Shown: piece by piece, positions 35,897 to 48,352 of the stretch
How the letters are laid out: the number at the start of each line of letters is the position of its first letter
Position numbering within the stretch: position 1 is the stretch's first letter
NCBI RefSeq assembly: GCF_964188315.1
Contig: NC_135655.1
Coordinates: forward strand, 82,460,001-82,524,000
Source of the DNA: Podarcis muralis
Taxonomy: Eukaryota
Length of the DNA stretch: 64,000 nt
Direction: 5' to 3'
Position numbers and translations under genes: made by a program
Notes under the pieces: generated by a model
Database searches by the model: none
Seen by the model: only the letters and a program-made list of their open reading frames with translations
Told to the model about the DNA's origin: nothing

Positions 35897-37037
35897 ACAT
35901 AGTAAAAGCATGACCTTTTCTTAAGGCTAAAGAAATATATGAAAAGGCTTTGTTTTCTGCTCCCAGTCCCCATCATATGTTAGAGGGCAAATAATGATAT
36001 CTAACATGATGACCACCTCATCATGCTACCGTGTAGAAGGAAGCTATAGTGCCTTCTGCAATGATAAATTGGAAGGAGGATTCTCTTAGATAAGCCACTT
36101 AAATAAATAATATTATATCTGAATAACTTTCATGAATAAATAGGTGGAATCAAAATGGAAGTATAAGACCATTTGGCAAACACCCTGTTTAAACAGATGG
36201 GGTGAGTGTGGGGATTCACTCTCCATTTCTGCCCCATCTAATATTTTTCTACTCCCAGTTCCCATCATAAGTTAGAGGGCAAATTTGTGCAAAGAGGAAT
36301 GTGCTCCATGTGTGTTTACACTCCTCGCATAATTTAGAAACTTCCTGGTCATGGTTCTAAATAACTCAGCAGCATCTGGAAAGCCACAAGTTCCCATGGA
36401 ATGGTCCTGGCACAAGCATGATTGCGATGCACACATAAGACAATGTATTATATGGTAATAATGTAGGTGTCAAAACCAGTTGTGTCGTAGTATTCCAATT
36501 AAAGTTCCAACATAGATCTATATAAAGTATTATGATTTTGTGGATTTTAATTGTCCATCTCAAAGGGCCCAGTTCAGATGCTGATCTTGTACATGCAAAG
36601 TTACGGGGTTTTGCCCAAATGTAAATCTTTTTAACTTGCTTTCATTGAACTGCATTTTCCATTTTTATGTCCAGTTTTGAAGAAGTCATTTTAGAACACC
36701 ACACAATCCCTTCTTGGAATACTAGTAGAACACTTGGCTACCCTGGTGAGAACCCTAAGGTACCTCTCATTTCTAGCTTGCTCGAGAGGCTATATAAAAG
36801 GAGCTGTCCTTGAAGCCCTTCATCCACTGAATGCTGACCCATCAGAAAGGGGTAGAGTAGCCATGTGGTTTCCTTGGCATGCTGCTATCCGAGTAATTAG
36901 TGACAGATAAGCAAAATCCTGGCTTCAGTGTGTGAAAAATGAGGGTGGTATTGCCCAACAAGGAGAGAGAAGGATGTATTCTGTTCATGCCCAAGAAAAA
37001 ATGTTTCTTGGACATCTGTGCTAAAAGAAATATAAAA

Positions 37038-37098
37038 TATGATATGATGATATGATATGATATGATATGATATGATATGATATGATATGATATGATAT
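37038..37098. repeat. (GATAT)n microsatellite
   Basis: Seen directly. Confidence 0.95.
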
Positions 37099-38084
37099 CC
37101 AGTAGTGGTGCTTTTTGGTTACATAAAATGGTATGTCCTGTTAGTTTATAGAAAAAATGTAACCATTAGAGGAAAATCAACACCTCATAATGGATACTTG
37201 GATCATACTTGGGAGAATGTTCACATAATAAAATTGGTGAACATGATAAGAGTAAAGGGATGTACATAGGTAGATAATCATTTTGTTGAGACATGGTGCT
37301 CCTTTTACTGTGTGTTTGTGGAAAATTACACAGATAAATGTTGAAACACAAATATTGTTGGGTATTTTATAAAAATGTTACGTTCTCCTATCTACAGGCT
37401 GTTTTTATTGTACTTCTTATCTATTTTTAAAATAAGGTGAATCTGTTGTAATTACTTTTATATGTAATCATTTTTGAGAATAAAAATCTGAAAACAAGAG
37501 AAGGATAAAATAACACTTTTTTAAGAATGGTCTCCAGCGTTAGTCAAGCCCACTAAAACTAATGAACATGACAAACTTAGGTCCTTTAAGTTCAATAAGT
37601 CTACGTAGAATAAAACTAAGTTTGATACAACCAAAACCAGGAAGTATTACCTGCACTAAAAACTTGGTGAAATAAAAAGGCATTAGCTCTTCACCTGAAG
37701 TTAAAAGAGATGGGGCCAAATGAAGCAACTAGAAAGAGGGTATTCTACAAATTGGGTGCCGCAGTAGAAAAATGGCCAGTCTTGTATCTGAACCAATCAT
37801 CTTTTTGAACATAGTGGAACACATAGTAAAGCCTCTTGAAATTGAGCACAATCAGGGAACAGGATTGTGTGGAAGAAGGCTGCCCTTCAAATATGCTTCT
37901 TTGAAACCCTTTAACACTTTACAGTTAGGAAAGGACAAAATAAGCAACATCTATTCTGCCATCTGGTTTGGAATTATCTTTTCAAAGTAAACAAAGTAGC
38001 TAATGGCCCATGAAGATGTCACACTTGGGGAGGGAGGGGAATTTGACGCCACCTTCATACCATATGTTTTAAACACTATGATAC

Positions 38085-38290
38085 TACTTTAAACAGTCAT
38101 GGCATTTTCCAAAGAATTTGGGGAGCTATAATTTATTAAGGGTGCTGAGAGTTCTTAGAAGACCCCCATTCCTTCCCCAGAGCTACAGTTCCCAGAGAAG
38201 TTTGACAACCAATCCTTCTTCATGGGGAACTCTGGGAATTGTAGCTATGTCAGAGGAATAGGGGTCTCCTAAAAGCTCTTAGCATGCTAT
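38085..38290. mobile_element. Degenerate palindromic MITE-like repeat
   Basis: Internal inverted repeats gagctacagttcccagag / ctctgggaattgtagcta and agaccccattc / gaataggggtct. Confidence 0.55.
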
Positions 38291-39589
38291 AATAATATAT
38301 TATAGCTCCCAGATTAATTTGGAGAAAGCATCTTGCTTCTGCACTATACAGCTTTCAGTGAATGCTGAAGATGCACTTTTTTGCCCTGGTCTTTGACAGC
38401 TGAAATATCCATTTTCAGAACCCACCACATTCCTGCGATTCTGCCTTTCTTTTAAATAGTGCTTGATACTAAGTGTCAATGGATAGCCAGCAATGAACTC
38501 TTCACTCTTTATTAGCAAAAACCCATTCCACACAGGAGTGTCTGGCCTACTGGGCACAGCAACTCATCTCTGGTAGGACTTGCCCCCATGAAGCAGTTGC
38601 AGAGACTGAAGTTCCTTGCCTCCTGACAGGTGCCTAGGTCCTCTCCACTCCAGGGTTTTTCCAAGCAATAGGAGACAAGGTGCAAGCGTCACCAATCTCC
38701 TCTCTGCCCTTTTCATACTTCTCCTGGATCTGGCAAATCTCAGCTGGGCCAGCCAGAAGAAAAAGCTGGGAAGGAGACCTGAGTGAAGACTGCCTCATTC
38801 AGGTCTCCTTCCCAAGCCACACCCCCTAGGCTGCCACACATCAGCTCATTCAAATCTAAGGGTTTGGCAGGAACCTGTGAGCCTCTGCACCAGCCAAGAG
38901 GGACAACTGCATCAGGCCACCATTGCTGCTTGCCGTGGAAGCGTGGTAAGCAGCCATTCTGGCACATCTCAAACCCCTTGGGAGTGATCTCCTTGCTACT
39001 AGCTAATTTATTATTTCTTGCATCAGTTGTGTTTGAAATCTCTAAAGATGGGTTTGGGGAATATTTTTCCAGAAACCTCAGCTATTTGGGATTAATAGTA
39101 AATTTCTTGGGGCATCATTACAATCTTTTCCCCAATAATTTCGTCTATAATTTGTCAACAGGAAGCAAATGGCACTGGGAATAGTTGGATAGAACATCTA
39201 AATGATGCATTATTCTCGCTATAGAAATAATGGTCCCAATCCAACTAAAGCTAATTTTAATGCAGTCCCGTTGAAAGCAATGGAACAAGTTATTTCCATA
39301 GATTGAATTAATCTGCATTGTTTTCTCAAGATTGCAGATTTGGGCTAGGATTCAACTAACAAATCCTTTCAGAAGAAGCCCTGCACAAGGGGTCAGCTTG
39401 CACAATGGGGCTTCCCCCACCACCACAAAAAAAGAAAGCACACCTACCTGGGAGGACTCCCAGAATAGCATGCAGGTGGTGAAGGCAGATTGTTCCATTT
39501 GGTAATCTCATATGCTTGTGCAGAAGGAGCATTTGCAGTAGAACCAATCAGTTAAGAGGGCCAAAGAGACAAATGGAGGAATGTGTTGA

Positions 39590-40018
39590 TTTCCGATTCC
39601 CTCAGATTCTCAGTTTTCAATCTTAATTTGGTTCTCCATAGTTCTGTAGGAAGTAGCAATTATTGTTGTTGCTGTTTTAAAAGAAGTCCTCATTGAACTG
39701 CATCAGTATTTTAGTGCAATTTCTTCCTAATAAACACATTAATTTTGACTAAAATACACATATTTGTAAGCAGATGTACCCACGAGAATGCATTTTTGTA
39801 TGCTGTAAACCTAATGTGAATTTTATGCACACTTTCACTTAATATATGCATTTTTGTGCACAATATTTGATTGGAAAACTGCATCACAAAACTCAGAGAA
39901 GTGTGAACTTTGAATGATAGTTGTGTTTCTCCTCTAGACATATTGGTGCAAGAAGTGTGACATAGGTCGTTTCTCATTAAAATGCAAACAAAATCAGTTT
40001 TCTCCCTCATATCTTAAC
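39590..40018 (-). repeat. Unclassified AT-rich interspersed repeat
   Basis: The reverse complement resembles 62460-62720 (gaggactttttt...gaatttaagattggaaaaatg) and weaker pieces near 48830-49060. Confidence 0.5.
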
Positions 40019-40023
40019 ACATG

Positions 40024-40848
40024 TGTCAGAGCTGCCCTAGGTCCCAGCTCACAAAGGACCAACGCCAGTTCGTTGTTATATAAAACAGTCTTTATTGAAG
40101 CTCAGTTTCGCTTTCACAGCCGCGGCGCGCAGCTCTACGTCTCAAACTCTAGACCGCCGAAGCTCCGTCTGAGTCTCCTCCCCCCAGACACCAGTTTAAG
40201 ACTCTAGCCTTGCTCCACCTCTTCCTTTGCTCTTTCCTTCTCTGGATCCGCCTGTCCGCTGGGGTCTTGCCCTTCCTAGACTCTTCTGACGCTGAGTCCC
40301 CTGAGTCTTCCCCCTGCCTCCGGCGGGCTTTAGGACCTGGTTCCCAATCCGGGTTTTCTGCTGTCCCGCGCGCCTGTACATTCGAACTTGGCGCGCGCGC
40401 CCAGCCGGCCACCTTCCTCCTGACCGTTACACTGCTCCTGTCACTGCTTCCCCCTTCGGGGAGGCTAGCTGGATCTGACCTCCCCTCCGTTCCCCCACTC
40501 TCCGATAGAGGCGTGGTCAGCCCTGACTCATCTTCTCTCCCTGCTGGAGGAGACGCTGGCCCTGACACATGGGACTCTTCCCCCCCACTACGCTCTGGTG
40601 GGGAAGCTGGTCCTGATCTCCCGCTGCTGCTTTGGGAGTCCCCGCTGGCCCCTTGCTTCTGGTGCGTCCCCCCTGGGACCCCCCTTGCCCTGACCATCGG
40701 CGCCCCCTTCTGGGAATCTTCTGATTCGCTGGAGAGGCTCATGGAATCTTTTGGGTCACTGTCATTCTCCCCTCCGTTGCCCTCAGATTCTTCCCCTTCG
40801 CTCTCCATTTCCTCTCTCCCCTGTGCCTCTGCTCCTGAGCCCCTGACA
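40024..40848 (-). mobile_element. Young solo LTR, 825 bp
   Basis: tgtca...tgaca termini. Perfect 5-bp TSD acatg (40019-40023, 40849-40853). AATAAA on the - strand at about 40091-40096. CpG-rich. Confidence 0.9.
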
Positions 40849-41280
40849 ACATGATATCATGACATGCATCATGATGACAGACTATGCACAGCATGTTCTC
40901 ATTGTGCACTTTTCAATGCGCATTCACAGAATCAAACATGCTTATGAGACATCCATAGGAGCCAACTTCTAGGGGCTGAGGTCCCTTTGTCCTCTCCCCC
41001 AATAAAATATTTAACCATTGCCATTCAAATGGTGAGTGTGTACCTCATCTTGTGATGCAGGGCAGGGTTTGCTGGGCTCCCCAATATTTTATTCAAGTTG
41101 CCATCCCTATTGTGAGATTTCAGAATAATCATTCTCTCCTCTTTCTTTGTTTTCATAAATTAATCTAATTCATCCCACCATCACAAATAGTTGCTCTGTA
41201 GCTGGTATTTATATTTATTGTTCTATCCACATGCTGTGTCATGTAATTTCCTGTTTCTCAATCCAGCACAAGTTGTAGGG

Positions 41281-41804
41281 CAGGGGTAGCCAATATCATG
41301 CCAACCAGACATTGCTGGACTACAGGGGATGAGGGTGGCGCTTTGGTCTAAAGCCTCTTGGGCTTGCAGATCAGAAGGTTGGCAGTTTGAATCCCCGCAA
41401 CGGGGTGAGCACCCATTGCTCTGTCCCAGCTCCTGCCAACCTAGCAGTTAGGAAGCACACCAGTGCAAGTAGATAAATAAGTACCGCTGCGACAGGAAGG
41501 TAAATGGCATTTCTGTGCACTCTGGTTTCCGTCATGGTGTTCCGTTGTGACAGAAGCAGTTTAGTTATGCTGGCCACACGACCCAGAAAGCTGTCTGTGG
41601 ACAGACACCAGCTCCCTCGGCCTGAAAGCAAGATGAGCGCCACAACCCCATAGTCGCCTTTGACTGGACTTAACTATCCAGGGGTCCTTTACCTTTTAGC
41701 TGCTGCACTACAGCTCCCATTAGTCCCATCAGCATGACCAATGATAAAGCATGATGGGAGTTACAGCCAACAACATCTGGAGGGTACCACATTGGCTATT
41801 CCTG
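41281..41804. mobile_element. hAT-type MITE interrupted by a SINE
   Basis: caggggtagccaat / attggctattcctg termini; TSD (t/a)tgtaggg with 7/8 match. Confidence 0.7.
41326..41706 (+). mobile_element. Sauria SINE, older full-length copy nested in the MITE
   Basis: Homologous to 28725; TSD actacag at 41319-41325 and 41707-41713. Confidence 0.88.
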
Positions 41805-42688
41805 ATGTAGGGCATGATGCACACAAACATCATTAGGACAGAGCTGACCCTGGAGGGAAGAAAGATGCATTTAAGGGGGTACATCATCACCCTTGTTGGT
41901 ACAGGGCAGTTGAAGTTCATCCTAAAAGAGGAGGGGGACTCTTCATTTGCTGTCACTGAATATAAATATGATCATAATGAGTTTTTCAGTTTGTGGCTTT
42001 ATGATTATTGCCTTGAGACCTTTCAGGGACTCTGTTTCAACGTACTTATGAAAGGAATGTTTTGCAACTCATGTTCACCTAATCCAAATCTCTTTGGGAC
42101 CCAATAATGGCATCTACCTCCCTCCCTCTTTGAGGCTTCCTCCTTCTTGCTTTAAGAGATATAAATGCGCCACAGTCTTCTCGTTCTGCCAGCCTTCCTA
42201 TTTGAAGATTAGGATCACCATGCTATCAAAACAACCTGTGTTTGTCATCGTAAGGCTTCTTGTTCTATGTCTGCTTTAGAATGCAAGAGAATGCAAAGGA
42301 AATCTTAGTCGTGTGGGAAATGCTGCAGGCAATGTTGAGGAATCTCTAGGTAAGTCAAATGTGATATTATATGTTTTAAGGTAATGGCAGCCTGTAAATA
42401 TTAACCAACATCTACCGTATATGGCTCTTTTGACATCTGTAGCATAGGGAAAGGTCTCCTAACTGGGGATAGTCCTGTTCCCTGTGGCCTCTGCAAATAC
42501 TTACATTTATCTGGATTGTCTGCTTCAGAGAGTGAATCTAACTCCAGAACAATTGCCTTTTCCTGTATTGTCTTTGCACACATTAGAGAAAAAAATGCTA
42601 TGGAGAAAAGGAATGAAAGAATGAATCGATTTATTTCGGTCACTGACCAGAGTTGTATGGGGGAAATGGTGAAATGAGAAAAAATTAA

Positions 42689-42968
42689 GCAGCTCTATGT
42701 CACCCCCTCCATTTAAGCATGTGGCCCTTTGAAACTATTGCTGGCTGAAAAAAAATGTGAAGGGCTATATGCTATTCTGTGTCCCTTGTTACTCATCCAC
42801 TTAAATGTGTGGCCTCCAAAAACAGCCTTTGATTAAATGAGAGATGGAGGTTACATGTGTAACACCTAGAGAAAAGGTTAAGCAGCATTATGTCACCCTA
42901 GGCATGTGGCCTCATGAAACTATTGCAGTTTGAAAAAAATGTGAATGGTGATATGCTATTCTGTGTCA
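42689..42968 (+). repeat. Imperfect direct repeat of about 90 bp
   Basis: gcagc..tatgtcaccc..gcatgtggcc..tgaaactattgc..tgaaaaaaatgtgaa..atatgctattctgtgtc at about 42689 and 42881. Confidence 0.8.
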
Positions 42969-43044
42969 TGTCAAGAATGGAAATAATTCTCTTTCATCAT
43001 TGTTCTCATATTCTTGTTTACAGGTGAGAGCACACCTTATATAA

Positions 43045-43989
43045 ATGGCAGAGGGAAACTTCACCACAATTACTGAATTTGTATTGCTGGGATTCACAGA
43101 TAACCAGAATACGATGTTTGTTCTCTTCACTGTGTTCTTACTGATTTACTTGTTGATCCTGGTGGGGAACATTGGCATGGTAACATTAATCAGGGTTGAC
43201 TCCAGGCTCCACACTCCCATGTATTTTTTCCTCTGCAGCCTGTCACTCTTGGATATTGGTTACTCCACTGTCATTGCTCCCAGGACACTGATGACCTTTG
43301 TGGCAGAAAGCAAAACTATTTCCTTCACTGGCTGTGCCCTGCAGTTTTTCTTCTTCTGCATTGCTGTATCCTGTGAGTGCTGCCTGCTGGGTGTGATGGC
43401 ATACGATCGCTTCATTGCAATCTGCAACCCACTGTTGTATACTGCTCTCATGTCCAAAAAGCTCTGTTATTTGCTTGTGGCTGGCTCCTATCTAACAGGT
43501 TGTGTGAATGCAATTGTCCAGACATCATTTATATTTAATCTGTCCTTCTGTAGATCCAACATCATCAACCATTTCTTCTGTGATGTGCCCCCTATCCTAA
43601 AGCTCTCCTGCTCAGATACAGGCGTCACTGATATAATTCATTTCACCTTCTCGACAGCAATTGTATCAGTAACTCTCCTGACCATTCTTGTCTCTTACAC
43701 ATACATTCTTGTTGCCATCCTTCGGATCAACTCAGCCGAGGGCAGACGAAAAGCCTTCTCCACCTGTGCCTCCCACCTGACGGCTGTCACCGTATTCTAT
43801 GGGACAGCCATTTTCATGTACTTAAGGCCCAGTTCAAAATATTCAGTGGAGGAAGACAAAATCATCTCTGTCTTTTACACCCTTGCGATACCTATGTTGA
43901 ATCCACTCATCTACAGTCTGAGAAACAAGGAGGTAAAAGAAGCTTTCAAAAGGCTGGTTGGAGGAAAGGTTGTTTCTCAGAGACAGTAA
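43045..43989 (+). CDS. Olfactory receptor, family 5/8/9-like, 314 aa; same subfamily as 4691-21311
   Basis: Complete OR motif set; acceptor at 43022-43023. Confidence 0.95.
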   Translation: MAEGNFTTITEFVLLGFTDNQNTMFVLFTVFLLIYLLILVGNIGMVTLIRVDSRLHTPMYFFLCSLSLLDIGYSTVIAPRTLMTFVAESKTISFTGCALQFFFFCIAVSCECCLLGVMAYDRFIAICNPLLYTALMSKKLCYLLVAGSYLTGCVNAIVQTSFIFNLSFCRSNIINHFFCDVPPILKLSCSDTGVTDIIHFTFSTAIVSVTLLTILVSYTYILVAILRINSAEGRRKAFSTCASHLTAVTVFYGTAIFMYLRPSSKYSVEEDKIISVFYTLAIPMLNPLIYSLRNKEVKEAFKRLVGGKVVSQRQ

Positions 43990-44439
43990 CTATCATTGTC
44001 CTATGTCTGGCCAGGTCCTAGAGTCCACACATCTCCTTCCCAAAACCCGGTAAGTGATTGCTCAGCTTTGTGAAGGAAGTGGGAGGGCTCTACAACTCCG
44101 CCATAGCCCTTGCATCATCTTTCTAAGGCCAGGTAAACCTGTGATCATAGCATGCTCAGGTGGTGGTGGTGAATAAATAAATGTAGAGTGGATTTCCTCT
44201 GCTCTCCTTGCATAAGTAAAAGAAGTGTAAGATGTGAGTTACCTTTCGCTATATGCAAATAAGATGTAAGTTTTACTGACCAGTGGTTATTAAATTTACT
44301 GAAACACAGAGGATTCAGATATCTGTCTTCTATCAGAGAGGGAATGAGACACTACATTAATGTGCAACACAGAGTTTGCTTTTTAACACGTAAGTGATGG
44401 AAATACTTGGCACATCTATGGGAGAGATGAATATCTCTC

Positions 44440-44659
44440 TTCTATCACTCGGGTGTACAACGCGTCAATCCTGAGACCCCAGTCGATCCTGGGCTTGTTT
44501 CTGTACTACTCCTTCTCTCTCCAGCCTCCTTCCTCCGAAGCCGGCTTACCATCCTTCCTGCTGCGCTCTTGGGGAATAGAGCGCAGGTATTGAGGAGGGG
44601 GATGTTGCCTTCACGGAGGGAGGGAGGGACGGAGGGAGAGGGAGAGGGAGAGGGAGAGG

Positions 44660-44705
<46 letters not shown>

Positions 44706-45850
44706 CAGTGGAGCCTCCCCCCCCCCGCCCGAAAGCCCCGGGTGGATACACAGAGCTTTGCGAAAGAGGCTCTTCCTGAGCGAGGACAAATCGAGGGCTG
44801 GCAATGGGCAGGCGGCAGCGGTGGACGGTGGAACAACGTCAAGATGTTGCCCGATGTCAGTTTTCCCTTTGGAGACTTGCTGATTTTGGAGGGTCTCCTC
44901 ACTGAAGGAGAGACTGGAGGGTTCAGCACCCCCAGCCACGTCCCACGAAAGAGGCAATTGATGGAGCAAAACAGTTTAATGTTGGAACTTTCCGTCCCCT
45001 GCCAGCGAGTTGCAAAGCGGGCAACAGATCAGGGCGCATTATAAGCAAGCGACGAATTAGTGAGATGGAAAGGATTCCAAAGTAACATCACAGGAGGCAA
45101 ACACGTCTTCCTAAGCAGCGGAGGGTTTGCTAGTAGGACATTGGCATGGCCACTTCTCTTTGGTTCAGATCCTTCTGCCCCCGGAAGACAGCTGTGCACA
45201 CTCATTCTCCACTTTTGTCATCCGAAGCCCCTTTCTCCCGGTCTGGGAAACCCTGACGCGGCTGGAAGGTGCTGTCAGAGGACCTCCCCAGAGTCAATCC
45301 CCTGCGCTTGGTCCCAGAGCTGTGGGGAGCCTCAGCACCAGCAGGGGCCGAGCTGCTTGGCAGCAATGTGTCTCCACTGCCCCTTGTCACTATTGGCAAG
45401 GAAAAGTGATGGTGGCGGCGGCAGCGGGGTGGGACCAAGCAACCATCCTGCTGGCATGTTGTGTGTGTTGCTGCTGTGGTGGGGGCTTGAGGGGGGAGAG
45501 AGAGTGCTGCTTTAAACTCCCCCCTCCTGCGTCCAGTTAGCCACCTCCTTCCACACAAGCACACACACACACACACACCCGCCCACACGCTCTCCTCGTC
45601 CCTCCAATTTGAGTGTTAATTGGCCCTGTATTTGGCTGGTTTGGATGGTGCCGCTGCTACCCTGAGCAGACAACACAGACGTTACTGGCCTACTTCAGAG
45701 CTTCTTTCTCTAGCCCAGCTAATGCCCGGAGGAGAAGCAGCGCCCTGTGAGAGCTCCGCAGCGCACTCCACTAACCCGGCCAGTGACCTGGGGTGGGGCG
45801 GGCGGGAGATACCATCAGACAGACCAGTTTGGCCCTGAGGGGGTCTAAAA
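44440..45850 (-). promoter_or_regulatory. CpG-island-like segment resembling a promoter and first exon of a non-OR gene
   Basis: GC- and CpG-rich against an AT-rich background. GC boxes. ggaaggATG|GTAAG on - at 44552-44545. Embedded (GA)n and (CA)n. Confidence 0.45.
44636..44703. repeat. (GAGAGG)n-(GA)n purine tract
   Basis: Seen directly. Confidence 0.95.
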
Positions 45851-46039
45851 GAAACACAGCTTAAAACACACATGTTAAGAGAGGGGGCGGGGAGAGTATG
45901 TTTAAGTTGAAGAAGGACAATGGTAGATCACTGCCATTTTTTGATACTGAGTAGTAGATCACAACCTATCTGAAGTTGGACATGCCTCTATCAGAATCTC
46001 AGATTAAGTCCTTTTCACGTGCTCTCCTCCGCACGAGTG

Positions 46040-46165
46040 CTCTTCAACCTTGGGTCCCCAGATGTTGTTGTACTGCAACTCTCATCATCCCTGACCATTT
46101 GCTAAACAGGCTGAGAACAATGGGAGTGCAAATTCTGGAGAGCCGAAGTTGAAGAACATTGTTCC
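46040..46165. mobile_element. Decayed hAT-type MITE related to 2114-2251
   Basis: tcttcaaccttgggtccccagatgttgttg...gttgaagaaca. Confidence 0.6.
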
Positions 46166-46779
46166 ATAGGATTGTGATCACATGGAACAGGAGAGTAGGA
46201 CCACAGCTGCTGGCCACGCCTCCATCACCACATCACTAAGGGAAATGGGTGTCAAATGAAACCTTTGTCTTTTCCTTATTATGGACAGAATCCCTGAAAT
46301 ATGAACAGTGGAAAATTTGACTGGTTGACAGGTTTAGCTAACCTACCTTTCTGCTAGATCACAATGATATCTTCCATAGAACAAGCCATTAAAATAAAGA
46401 TGGCAGTCATTAAGAAGCACCTGAGGACAGCTGTATGAATGGCATACTGAGTAGTGCTGAGGGAGCTCAGAGTGATGTGGGGGGGGGGACACACACACCA
46501 ACTCTCCACACCACGCCCCCATGAAAAATATGGAAACAGCTCAGAACATTTCTTCTGAATAAAACCCCTGAGACGTAGAAGGTCCCAGGCTCAATCTTTG
46601 GCATCTTCATTTAGAAGGATATGTTTGCAGCTGATGTGGCAGCCATGTGCTTGGCACAGTGGAATACTGTAAGCAATGCTGTGGGGTGTCATTGTTTTGG
46701 TATGTTATTATATTATGCATTTTTGCATTTGTGTATTATAAACTGCCCTGTGAATCTCAGATGAGGGGCGGTATAGAAC

Positions 46780-46812
46780 TAAACAAACAAACAAACAAAC
46801 AAACAAACAAAC
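46780..46812. repeat. (AAAC)n microsatellite
   Basis: Seen directly. Confidence 0.9.
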
Positions 46813-47428
46813 AAATAATAAAAATGGATGAAAGAAACTGCCTCACCTTATATAAGGCAGCATTCTACAGCCTGCATTTGTGCAGAATCACAGAGAGCAC
46901 ACAGCATATTAGGTTTCCCACTGACTGTAATGTGAATTCCATTATAGCTCTTACAGCAGAGGGGAAATGTCCAGGAGTTCCAATATAGTCCTTCTGAATG
47001 GAGGATTGCCATAAATATATTTTGGTCTCTAGAGAGACAAGCTGCTGCTACCAGGTTGATTCCAGAGAAAGAGAGTAGCCTCTCATTCTGGAGAAGTAGG
47101 ATTCATTGGCACAACCTTTACCTAGGATTTGTATGGTTTCCATCTTGTGAAAGAAGGCTCTCTTTTGTAAAGGATCCTGTAGGATTAAGTTAGCATCACA
47201 GATCATTTTGTTTGGATATAGGCGGTCTGTATAGAATCAGGGTACTTTTTTCTCTCTGCCAATGTAAGGCATTGCAGAAATACACATTTAATTCTCCATT
47301 TAGGTATAACATGATAAATGCATACATAAGCAAGTTCTAGACATTAGATATTTCACATGCTGTGCACACAGAATAATAGTGCAAGTCAGATGCCTGCTGC
47401 TAATTTATTTCCAGTCAACACAGTTACT

Positions 47429-47940
47429 TTAAAAAATATATAATGTAGAATGGGATCGTGCCATTTTGTTTGTCACCCTTGCAAAGGCATCTTTCACATC
47501 CTTGTTCCTCAGGCTGTAGATCAATGGGTTAAGCATAGGGATCACAAGAGTGTAAAACAAAGAGACAATTTTGTCTTGGTCCATTGAGAAACTGGAGCTT
47601 GGCCTTAAATACATGAAGATAATGGTTCCATAAAAGATGGTGACGGCTGTCAGGTGTGAAGCACAGGTGGAGAAAGCTTTCTGCTGACCCTGGGGAGAGC
47701 GGATCTTCAAGATGGCTAAGAGAATGTACATATAGGACACTAAGATAATCACAAATGTAGTCAAGGCAATTATAGTGGACAGGATGAAGTGCAGAATGTC
47801 AATTGTATGAGTGTCTGAACAGGACAATTTCAGAATGGGAGGGGTGTCACAGAAAAAGTGATTGATGACATTTGAATTGCAGAAGGACAGACTAAAAATA
47901 AAAACAGTATGAACAGTTGAATTTACAATACCACATATAG
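47429..47940 (-). pseudogene. 5'-truncated family-5-like OR pseudogene (TM4 to C-terminus)
   Basis: Open frame [46 protein letters not shown] homology stops near 47940 and no TM1-TM3 sequence was found. Confidence 0.9.
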
Positions 47941-48245
47941 CTCTTATCCTTGGAAAGTTTCATTCAAGGAAGAGAGACGGGTTAGATATATAGATCTTAG
48001 GTAAGAAAATAATAATTACTATTTAGGAACTATGAAAACGTTAACATGAATACATGAAGATACTATAGTTCCCCCCTTTTTCTTTTAAAAATATCAAAAT
48101 ACTATGGAACAAGCATAATTTTGCATAGCTAATAAATTCAAACAATTCAAATTAATACTCAGCTTTATTGGCAAAACCCTTCACCTCTACCATCTACCTC
48201 CAAAGATTAATTGTTTTATTTATGTTTTGCATAGCCAACATTATC

Positions 48246-48352
48246 AGGGGAATATGTTCCCAAGTGATGAACCAGTCCTTGAATTAATAAGATAAAATCA
48301 AATTGCGGTAACTCACAGCTGCAGTGCTGATTGCTTCTAGCCAGAGGTAAGA
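48246..48352 (+). promoter_or_regulatory. Candidate promoter and exon-1 donor for the OR at 49218
   Basis: caggggaa..ttcccaag (paired O/E-like sites) and gag|GTAAGA at 48347; conserved at 52446-52553 and 58492-58599. Confidence 0.4.

Noticed and set aside
38783-39184. 133-aa ORF with a hydrophobic stretch
   Set aside because: GTG start, no splice context or recognisable motif; length is compatible with chance.
40210-40854. 214-aa plus-strand ORF in the solo LTR
   Set aside because: Antisense to the LTR, TTG start, and stop supplied by flanking DNA; treated as a compositional shadow.
44445-44969. 174-aa and other ORFs across the GC-rich island
   Set aside because: Low-complexity translation of the (GA)n tract and GC-rich DNA; no domain recognised.
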